Under the pieces are notes generated by a model. That model was not told where the DNA came from. It worked only from the letters and a program-made list of their open reading frames with translations, and made no database searches. Below, in pieces: positions 13,301 through 22,448 of a stretch of 64,000 bases of DNA. Source of the DNA: Paragordius varius (Eukaryota > Animalia > Nematomorpha); NCBI GenBank assembly GCA_964247055.1, contig OZ176056.1, positions 4,154,001 through 4,218,000 of the forward strand, read 5' to 3'. Position 1 is the stretch's first letter, and each line of letters starts with the position of its first letter. A program made the translations under genes and the position numbers.

Positions 13301-16300
13301 ATTTTTGACTCCTTATGAGTATTACATAACACCCAAAGATGTGCTTTTTAAAAAAATACAAATTAAAAATTCTGGGTTTCTTAAAAACGAAAAAGTGCAT
13401 TATGATCAAACTAAGCCAATTAGTTAAGAAGCCTTCAAAAAAAGCTGATTATTTGAAAGAGGGTCTATTCGCACAAATGTACTAAAAGCAAAAACTTGTC
13501 CAAGTAGGCAAAAACACAATTTCTCTTGATAATATCTTGGATATATTAACTAAATTACATAAAGTAATTGATAATTTTTTTTGACACCCATTTCTAATAA
13601 ATTCAACCCAAAACCCAAAACGATATATAATGTGTATAAATAAATACGGCATAACTTTTAACCTAGCAGATATTATATCAAAACCAAAAAAAGTAAAAAT
13701 TTTTTTGTAATACACTAATTATATTTAAACTACTAAATACAAGCCTGAGACTCTTTGTGCAGATCGCAAAAAAATTAGATTTCCACAATTTGCAAAATAA
13801 TGATCACAAAATTTTAATAAAATTAGTTTTTACAGATTCTGAATAAATCTTTCTAATATGCAACAAAAAAATAATTGTTCAATGGTGTTTTCATATTACA
13901 GTCTTATGTTTAAACAAAATTATTCATGCTCATTATTCAAAATAAGGCCCCCTCCGGCTTTTTTTGAAGTTTAAAATAACCAATAATTTAAATTATATAT
14001 ATATATATATATATTAAATAAAATTTTCTATTCCCAATATCAAAGTTAGATTGAAAACATTATACCGTGCCATAAATTCTTGCAATTTATAACGGAGTAA
14101 CATGAGTACAATTTGGCCTGGCAGCAAGACTTCTTGCATAGCTGGTGTATCGATTGAATCACACCAACTCAGCCCTTTAGCACATGCAAAAAGTTTATGG
14201 GTTGAATGAATTAACAATCGAAATTTATCAACGGCATCAGGGATATCGATAAGTAGGCTTGATCTAAATTTTTGGAAACACAATTAATATTATAAAATTT
14301 TTATATAATGTATGATTTAAAAAGTTTAAAAGATATCGAATGAATTAACAAACGAAATTTATCAGCAGCATCAGGGATATCCCTAAGTAAACTGATGTAA
14401 CTATCAAATATACTTTGATGGTTTCGGCATAATGGTTGCAATATTTATTTTTTTAAAATATTATGGAAAGTATGACTGTATATATTCACAGATGGTAGAA
14501 TTGATAAAATTTATGCAAAATATATGATTTAGCAAATTAACCCTCATAACAAACAAAAACCAAAAATTTATTGATAAACTATGATTTAAAAAAATTTTCT
14601 AACCAGAATATACATAATTTATCTATAAAAAAACCTTGTCAAAAATAATCCATTTTATCAGTCAAATATCCAAAAAGATATAAATCTTACTCAAGTATAT
14701 GGGCTCCAATAATCTCATTTTCAACATGCGTCAATTCTTTCGTTCCTTTTAACGTGGCATAACTGATGTTTTGATGATTTTCTTGACCAATTTCTGTGCA
14801 GTTTTTATCACCGACTAAAGACTGATTTTTTAAGCTTATGTTATTATTACCATTATATCGTGATTTAGTAATGTATTGATCCACATTATACGGTGTTAGT
14901 AAGTATACTTTACTATACATTTGTGCATAGGTTTGATTGAAGGTCGTATTATTTTCCGTTTGCTTAATTTGTGCTTCACTCAATGTTAAATCATACAAGG
15001 TAGAATTAGAATTATTAGAATCAGATGAGATGGCGTTTAATTTTGATGATATGCAGGTTGTATAAATATGTGAATTAACAAGTTTGCTACGAAATTGATG
15101 ACCAATCATAGCTAATGCCTTATGGGTCTCATTGAAAAACGTGGCATGATTAATTTTATTGCTATGGCGACCATCAGACTGTGGTAAAATGTATTGCGGA
15201 AGATCAGTTGATTTAAGTAAACTAGTGGTTGCAGTATTGTAAGTAAAATTACTGGTTGATGCTGAATACAGCGTTGTGGCATATTTACGTAACATGTTTA
15301 ATACGCAACTCCGATAAAATTTGACATTACTTTCTAGAAAAATGTGAGATATAATAAATATGATAGAAATATAGACATAAAAAGGTAAAAATGTTAAAAA
15401 ATATAACGAAAAATAAAAATGATTCGAATGTTTGTAAGTTAAAAAATATTTTTATTAAAATAATTTTGTATGATATAATATATATTGAAAAAGTCCTTTT
15501 TAAAATATATATTTAGATTAGTTTAAAAATGCTTTGCTTTCTATATCTCTTTTAATAACCAATGGTATATTCGGCGAATTCGTTAAGTTATAGAGATATG
15601 ATATCATAACAGAAAAACATTATAACCGCTTTTTTCGCACAAAAAATACATTTTGTTGTTATATCAAAAAAACTTACCTAATGTTTAAAAAATAAAACTT
15701 TTTTGTGAATCTTTTTGTATAGAGTTACACTTTTTTACAAATAAAAAAGTTTAAATTAAATTAAATTATAAATCAAAAAAAGTAACCTTGTTCTTCCCAT
15801 TCCGTTCCTTTTATGAGCTCTTCATAAATTTGTTTGTCGGATAAATTAGTCAGTGCCTTAAATAAAATATGAATTTTAAAAAAATTTTGGAAAAAAATAA
15901 AAAATATCATATTTTAAAAAAAATAAAAATTTAATATTTTAATATAAAAAAAAATAAAATGTAAGGACATAGTATACTTTTAAAATAGGTATGAGGGGTA
16001 TAGTCATACGTTGATTCTGGTAAAATAAACTTAGGACCACACTGCCATTATTGAGGTAATGTAAAATTTGATTCTGATAAAAAAATTTAAAAAATAATAA
16101 TAAAAATAAGGTTTTAACAAATTTTAAAATAATTAAAAATCTAAAATTTAAATAAATATAATTTAGCTTTCAAAAATATTTAATTAAACCTATCATAGCA
16201 AATTTATAATATATTATAACAATAAATATTTATGAAAAATAATTCATCAAAGGTAAAAACAATAGACTTTTGTAACATGTATATAAGATATTTCGTTAAA

Positions 16301-17741
16301 ATAATTTTTTAAAAAATTTTTTTTAAAATAATTAATCCTTAATTTATAATTATGTATTTATTACAGAATAGTGACATTCATTTTTGACCGAATTCAGGAC
16401 AACACCATATTCTGTGTGACAAATTCCATTCCTTTTCCAGTTTGGCCGTATCAAAGCAATTGGCTATAAATTTTAAATAAATTATTAATATGAAATTCAA
16501 ATATTAATTATAAATTTAATATATGCAAAAATTTAATTTTTATGTGATTTTTTGTTTAAGTTTGGTGTTTATTTGATTTAAAAAAAAATAAAAATTTGTT
16601 AAACAAATTCAAAATTGTAATAATTCAAATTTACCCTTGAACAATTCAAATTCACCCTAAAAATAAATTATGTGTTTTCGGGATAATATAACTCATCATG
16701 AATATGAAATATATTTTACGAGTTTTATTATTTTTTCAGCATTAAACAGAAAATCATATTTTAAAAATATTAAAATTAAGCTAATTTTTAATCTTACAAA
16801 ACACTTAATTTATTTTAGGTAGAATTTAAATTGTTCAAGTGTCATTTTAAACTGTAAATGGTATATAAAACTTATATTCAAATATTTTATTTATACACTT
16901 AAACACATATTATACATTAAAAATGTATTCACAAAAAGTATAAAAAAAATTTGTTTAAAACCCTTAAACAATTAATTGAATAAAAAGGGTAAAATATATA
17001 AATATGATTACATAATTCCGGCGAGGAATAAGGATAGGTCTTATCAATTTCTCAAGCCCATTAATTATAAAGTAACCACCAAATTCAGAAAATTCTTCCA
17101 TGGCCAACATTAATGCCTTTTCGTCCAAATCTCGTAAATGGCAATGATCCGACTATATAGTATATTAAAACAAAGCATTTTTAATAGACAAAATTTTTCA
17201 ATAAAGGAATAACAATGTTTTGTCATCCTTATTTTTTTACTATATACCCTATCCATTTTTCGCAATCATAATCCTTTTATTCGGAAAAAATTAATTATAT
17301 ATAATATATTTTGAGTTTTGACTTTAATCTGTCTTTACAATTTAAATTTAACGGGAAATTAAAAATTTACTTTTATCATGATTGGTAAATAGCCCATGAT
17401 CTTGGTAATTGAACCGGTATAAACCCCATCTATATACCAAGCTATATTTCCTTGAATTTCGGCACTATACGAAAAACGAGATAAACGACACTAGAGGCGT
17501 TATTTAAATTTTACCTCCTTTGGCATAAGTTTTTTATTACTACTACAACTTTTGTCATTAAATTTTGGATATCCAACATTAAGATCCTCTAATTGAGAAA
17601 TAAAATTACTTCAATTTTAATTAAAAGTGTTGATGTATTAGGAAGAACTATTTCCAGTGGAGCAAAACTTTCAACTAACTTATACATCCCTTCTTTTAAA
17701 GCAAAATTGAAAGAATTGATATGATGATTGGCTGGATTCAT
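757..17741 (-). CDS. POLR1B: DNA-directed RNA polymerase I second-largest subunit (RPA2/RPA135), multi-exon, 3' end truncated by window edge
   Basis: Hand-spliced exons with GT-AG borders and consistent phases: 17610-17741, 17515-17586, 17371-17490, 17012-17152, 16365-16463, 15978-16073, 15787-15856, 14691-15333, 14066-14263, 12489-12678, 11975-12190, 10350-10559, 8867-9030, 7733-8033, 6981-7103, 6286-6633, 6039-6122, 5654-5740, 5006-5125, 4829-4892, 4395-4522, 3856-3996, 3386-3497, 3120-~3302 (acceptor ambiguous), 2296-2452, 1589-1714, 757-884. Motifs: [141 protein letters not shown]. These match Pol I (RPA2) rather than Pol II/III versions. Start ATG at 17741 is the most likely but unproven. 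Confidence 0.93.
4034..4298. mobile_element. MITE family A copy (TATACCATTTACA(A/G)TTCAAATTCACCC terminal inverted repeats), POLR1B intron
   Basis: Starts taccatttacaattcaaattctccct and ends gggtgaatttgaattgttcaagggtaaaaatctgtaaatg; internal sequence shared with the other copies. Confidence 0.8.
5161..5435. mobile_element. MITE family A copy, POLR1B intron
   Basis: tataccatttacaattcaaattcacccttgaacaattcaa... to ...tttaaatggtata; TA on both sides. Confidence 0.85.
7337..7630. mobile_element. Degenerate hAT-type MITE, POLR1B intron
   Basis: Begins caggggagct; contains GC-rich subterminal motifs (gaccgcgg, gcggcccg) like the other CAGGGG-terminated hAT MITEs here; right end not clearly recognisable. 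Confidence 0.35.
8490..8744 (+). mobile_element. Palindromic short retroposon-like insert with hammerhead-ribozyme-like core (Penelope-like/retrozyme relic), POLR1B intron
   Basis: 14-bp direct repeat attataaatatgta at 8476-8489 and 8745-8758; ~79-bp inverted arms at 8518-8596 and 8670-8748; the loop holds CTGATGA (8605-8611), a perfect stem GTGCT-aaca-AGCAC and a second hairpin GTAGTC-tgc-GATTAC; the GAAA core is missing. Confidence 0.5.
9092..9334. mobile_element. MITE family A copy, POLR1B intron
   Basis: accatttacagtttaaattcatccttgaacaattc... to ...gggtgaatttaaattgtaaatggtata. Confidence 0.85.
9968..10310. mobile_element. MITE family A copy abutting a (TA)n tract, POLR1B intron
   Basis: tataccatttacaattcaaattcaccctt with 3-4 subterminal ~19-20 nt repeats; right end gggtgaatttgaactgtaaatgttata runs directly into (TA)n at 10307-10348. 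Confidence 0.85.
10560..11230 (-). repeat. Degenerate tandem duplications of a 3' splice site plus the first ~60 nt of POLR1B exon 10350-10559
   Basis: Copies of ataattaattttttcggccattattgtgtaccctgaagcctaatata at ~10705-10770, ~10941-11003, ~11115-11150 and ~11172-11230. Confidence 0.85.
11584..11816. mobile_element. hAT MITE with 8-bp TSD, POLR1B intron
   Basis: Left TIR CAGGGGTGTCCAA, degenerate right TIR (...gataacccta); perfect 8-bp TSD ttttaaag at 11576-11583 and 11817-11824; gagggccgcg subterminal motif. Confidence 0.8.
12740..12969. mobile_element. MITE family A copy (left end eroded), POLR1B intron
   Basis: Right end gggtaaatttgaactgtaaatggtata; family A internal sequence. Confidence 0.75.
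14335..14400 (-). repeat. Diverged duplicate of the 5' part of POLR1B exon 14066-14263 in the upstream intron
   Basis: Reads ttgatag|[22 protein letters not shown] versus the real exon tttag|[21 protein letters not shown]; same phase-2 acceptor. Confidence 0.75.
16612..16865. mobile_element. MITE family A copy, POLR1B intron
   Basis: taattcaaatttacccttgaacaattcaaattcaccct... to ...aaactgtaaatggtata. Confidence 0.8.
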
Positions 17742-17922
17742 ATCAAGCGTGCGACGAACAAAAATTGGTGCAGTGATGAATCAAAAAATAATAATCTAAA
17801 TTTTTAAAGAAAGGAAACGCATAAATATTTATGTTTAAAAAATAAAAATTTCAGTCTATGATAAAACTAAAACAAAAATATTCTACGATATTCCTTTAAA
17901 CCATCTGACGAGTATTTAAATT
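17742..17922. promoter_or_regulatory. Compact bidirectional promoter region between POLR1B and SUB1
   Basis: Divergent start codons at 17741 (-) and 17923 (+), only ~180 bp apart. Inferred from position; no specific motif is claimed. Confidence 0.55.
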
Positions 17923-18322
17923 ATGGCGCAAACATCTGACACAGATTCTGGACCAGAGGATGTAAATTATTTTATACATTTATCTAGATTGAACCAGGAA
18001 AACGTAAAAAGATTGAAATAAAATCAGAAAAGAGTAAAAAAGAAGCCAAAACTGAGTGTGATGATAATGGAAATAAGCTATATCAAGTATACTCAATTTT
18101 ATATTAACAAGTTGGGAAAAATGAGATATGTTAGTGTTAGTGAATGGAGAGGAAGTTTTATGGTTAATATAAGAGAATATTACAATGATAAAGATGGCAC
18201 AATGAAACCGGGTAAAAAAGGTTTGTGTGATTTATAATATTTTAGGAATTTCTCTAAGTATGGATCAATGGAAACGGTTAAAGGAGCACATCGATGATAT
18301 CGATAAACAATTAAAAAATTAA
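17923..18322 (+). CDS. SUB1: Activated RNA polymerase II transcriptional coactivator p15 (PC4/Sub1), 107 aa, 4 exons
   Basis: Exons 17923-17961, 17988-18086, 18112-18220, 18246-18322 (introns 26, 25, 25 nt) give MAQTSDTDSGPEDIEPGKRKK...LYQLGKMRYVSVSEWRGSFMVNIREYYNDKDGTMKPGKKGISLSMDQWKRLKEHIDDIDKQLKN*, matching the PC4 ssDNA-binding domain (GKMRYVSV...IREY...KPG.KGISL...QW). Confidence 0.93.
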
Positions 18323-18429
18323 ACTGTAAATAAATTAATATTTTTAATCCTTTAGATTTTTATAAATTAGATACATCGTTTTTATACCTTATAACTTAAA
18401 TATTATTCTTTATGTCCCTAAAAGACGTC

Positions 18430-19100
18430 TCTTTTAATTCGATTATCATGAGCTTAATCTATGTTTAAATTTTGTTGCGCTGGATTTGAAGTGTTTGCAG
18501 GTATTTGCCGACTTGTTAATGTAACTTTGGTTGTAGTATGTTGGACAAGTCTTTACAATGTATGTGTCCCACATAGCTTAACCTACCCATTTAATCATAT
18601 TCACTATTGATTTTATTTGTAGCACTGCTAATGGGCCAGCGTTCTATGTAATATAAATTTTTGGTATTTTGTAACAAGGTTGTATTAAAAAGTTTGGGTT
18701 CTGAATCAAGTAATTGAACATGTTTGTCAGTGCCCATATCTCTGATTTATATTTTATAACGGGAAAGATATTGATAAATAAGGTGCTATTTGCGAGTTTT
18801 AACATATGTAAATCCGTGAATTTGTTTTAAAGTTTTTCAATGGTTTTACAGGAGTTTACTAATTAAATAGTCTCATAAAGGGTAGGACTGCGAATTCGGA
18901 TTTTCGTACCAGGAAATAATTCATATTAATAATATTTCTTGGTCGTAGTCTGAGGCTATTTTTTACGATGCACATGCCCTTGTGCACAACTAATGATTTT
19001 ACAGATCATTAGAAACTGGCCTTTGCCGTTAGCGCATTTTCATGACCCAGCCAACATCGCGGGGAGGTGGCAATAGGAGTTTGTTCGCCTAATTAAATTG
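18430..19100 (-). mobile_element. Degenerate non-LTR retrotransposon (RTE-like) 3' remnant
   Basis: GC-richer stretch; minus-strand fragments IFPVIKYKSEIWALT (~18723-18770, cf. post-RT PVLLYGSETWALT) and LSYVGHIH (~18555-18580, cf. LRWFGHV); many stops. Confidence 0.5.
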
Positions 19101-20025
19101 TAGATTAGGTTAAAACTTTTGCTTAATATAAATTAAGTGTATGATTTTTTATGGTATTAATTTTAGCTATACAAATTTATTATTCGCACATCAAGAATAT
19201 CAATTAATTAATAAGTATAAGTAAAGAGTCTAACAGATATAAATTTTTTCGTACAATATTTAAATATTCAGATCAGAAAACATGTGCATCTTTATAAACA
19301 AGTGATGGATGGTGATTGGGACCGCTTATATAAAATAACACCCATCATTTTCTTTTGTAGTAGTTTTGTAGCACAAACCGATTTCATATGTAAATGACTT
19401 AAAAAGATATCAGACGATAAGTCAAACTTAAAGAGATGCAGTCTATGGCCTTTAAGCGCATTCAAAAAGTGCTTTTTATTATATCCTTTTTTCTAAAAAA
19501 TATATTTAAAGTATTTGTAAAAAATTTAATGCGCATGCATTTGAATGTTTGCAATATTAAAAATTCATTTATTACTTTTTGACACTATTTAAAGGGGAAA
19601 TTCCAATTCGGCAACTTTTTTTGATTAATTTGTTAAATATTGGTATCCTTTTAATCAACTTATAGATACTTTATTGAGTATATTCAATTAAATTCGACGG
19701 GAGTCTGTTTCGTGCTTTTTTATTTTAATTTAACAGTTATATTAATTTACACAGGTCGTAAATTGATATTTGTTGTAGTGTTTAATATAATTAATTTCCA
19801 ATATAGGCTGCCAAATTCACGAATCGAAAATTTAAAATGGACTTTAAGCACATAGCAATTATATATTTTATTTCCATTCAGATTTAAATTTGTTATTGGT
19901 ATTATACATTTTTATTTATTTATGATCCGAATTTCAAGTGCGAATTTTGGTTAAAATATCTTTGCAAGCACCTATGGTAATTTTTTTGAAAAATCATGAT
20001 AGTTCTGAAAAACAGTCGTGATTAC

Positions 20026-20932
20026 TTATATAACATATTCAATATTTTCTATTTGTACAAGATAATTAAATAGCTCATTCAATGCATTAATAATTTTATT
20101 AACATTGTTTTGCAATTTCGTTCCAATGTTTCTTATAGGGCGTAATTTCATATAAATTTGTTCATTGTCACTGGTGTCAAAATCAGTTACCTCGCCCAAC
20201 GCGTTTAAACATTGTTTTTTTTGGATATCAGCAATCATTTCAAACATTTCTTCCAAATATAATTCCTGATAATAGATTATGTTTTGAATCTGCAACAAAT
20301 ATCATTATATAATTTACATTAACAATTTGCATATTAAATTTAATAGGTAGAAAAGCGACAAATGTTATTTATTTCCAATTGACTTTCTCGAAAAAAAATG
20401 AAATCGATAAACTAAGATGATTGAAAACAAATTATTTTTACACCTGTATATTTTCGTTGAATACTTCTTCGTTTTCCTTATATAAATTTTTGAGTATGGA
20501 ATTCAGGTGTTGTAACTTAGTAAGCAAGATTTTAACTTCCCCCCATGTATTTATAGCGGAATTATAATTGTCCCTAGTTTGGGGCATGTAACTTATTATG
20601 TGCGCTTGAATTTCTTGAATAACTTGAGAATATTTAGATAATATATTAAATATTTTTGATTTATTAAAACTATTTGCTCGTGAATTTTGAGGATGGTCAT
20701 ATGTTGTCGAATTTAATTTTATTGAATCATTTTCAGGCGAAAGGGTAGTATTTTCACTTGAATCCGATAGATTAGATCTTATTTGGGTATCATGTTGAAA
20801 ATTATTATTACAAATTTTGTTTGAATGGAAGAAAAAACATTTTCGAGACTCGCTTTTTAATAATTCAATGTCCAAAATTTTGTGATACAATACAGGATTT
20901 AATGCGATGTAATTCAACAAGAAATTTTGCAT
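20026..20932 (-). CDS. Orphan tandem gene family, copy 1 (intact, ~251 aa, 2 exons)
   Basis: Exon 20444-20932 (MQNFLLNY...NENIQ|gtgtaa) joins in phase 0 to exon 20026-20289 (ttgcag|IQNIIYYQ...EYVI*). The sequence between them carries frame-breaking indels across copies, consistent with an intron. Confidence 0.6.
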
Positions 20933-21421
20933 TAGATAAAATCAAGAAAAATTATTATTATATTCAAGCTTTTAGGTTTTTAAATAATTAAAATTGACGC
21001 ATTACTATTCATTATTTTATTATTACAATACTCATTATTTATTATCATATAAAAGGTCATTTAAAATTCGAAAAACAGTGTTTTTAAAAAAAATAAATTC
21101 AGACAACAATGTTGCTAATTGCTGGCACATTAAAAACTATTTATTATACTTTTTTTGTCCATTTAATTATCCCACTTACACATACATGTCAAAATTATTA
21201 GGTAACAATGGTATTTATAATATCAAATATTCACGAATCAAAAATTCCAATAAACAATTTTTAGCATTTACATAATATAATTTATATTTTATACAGATAA
21301 ATTGTTATTATACATTTTTATTTATTTATTTGATCCGAACAAGTGCAAATTTCGGTTAAAATATCTTTGCAAGCACCTATGGTAATTTTGAAATCTCATG
21401 ATAGTTTTGACCAATGGTTAT

Positions 21422-22329
21422 TTATATAACATATTCAATATTTTCTATTTGTACAAAATAATTAAATAGCTCATTCAATGCATTAATAATTTTATTAACA
21501 TTGTTTTGCAATTTCGTTCCAATGTTTCTTATAGGGCGCAATTTCATATAAATTTGTTCATTGTCACTCGTGTCGAAATCGGTTACCTCGCCCAGCGAAT
21601 TTAAACATTGTTTTTGTTGGATATCAGCAATCATTTCAAACATTTCTTCCATATATAATTCCTGATAATAGATTATGTTTTGAATCTGCAACAAACATTA
21701 TAATATAATTTACATTAACAAATTAAATATTAAATTAATAGGTAGAAAAGCGACAAATATTACTTATTTCCAATTAACTTTCTCGAAAAAAATGAACATT
21801 GATAAACTAACAAGATTGAAAACAATTATTTTTACACCTGTATATTTTCGTTTAATACTTCTTCGTTCTCCTTATATAAATTTTTGACTATGGAATTCAA
21901 GTGTTGTAAATTAGTTAGCAAGATTTTAACTTCCCCCCATGTATTTATAGCGGAATTATAAGTGTCCCTAGTTTGGGGCATGTAGTTTATTATATGCGCT
22001 TGAATTTCTTGAATAACTTGAGAATATTTAGATAATATATTAAATAATTTTGATTTATTTAAACTATTTCTGCGTAGATTTTGAGGATGGTTATATGTTG
22101 TCAAATTCAATTTTATTGATTCATTTTCAGGCCAAAGGGTAGTATTTTCACTCTAATCCGATAAACTAGATTTTATTTGGCTATCTTGGCGAACCATTTT
22201 ATTTTTAAATTTGTTTTTTGTATTGAAGACAAAACATTTTCGAGACTCGCTTTTTAATAATTCAATGTCCAAAATTTTGTGATACAATACGGGATTTAAT
22301 GCCATATAATTCAACAAAAAATTTTGCAT
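21422..22329 (-). pseudogene. Orphan tandem gene family, copy 2 (premature TAG)
   Basis: Homologous to copy 1; in-frame GAT TAG AGT at 22153-22155 where copies 1 and 4 have GAT TCA AGT. Confidence 0.65.
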
Positions 22330-22448
22330 CAGATAAAATAAAGAAAAATTATTATATTTAAGCTTTTAGGTTTTTAAATAATTAAAATTGACGCATTACT
22401 ATTCATTATTTTATTATTACAATACTCATTATTTATTATCATATATAT

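Noticed and set aside
17905-17912. CTGACGAG, a second hammerhead-like core upstream of SUB1
   Set aside because: No stem II, GAAA or stem III follows; expected by chance.
20290-20443. Extra micro-exon(s) between the two exons of the orphan gene
   Set aside because: An AG and a GT are present, but no reading frame is conserved among the four copies (indels and stops); a single phase-0 intron is simpler.
22153-22155. In-frame TAG in orphan copies 2 and 3 as evidence of a ciliate-type genetic code or readthrough
   Set aside because: No in-frame TAA/TAG in any conserved POLR1B, SUB1 or NADSYN1 exon; TAA and TGA terminate genes normally; copies 1 and 4 have TCA there.
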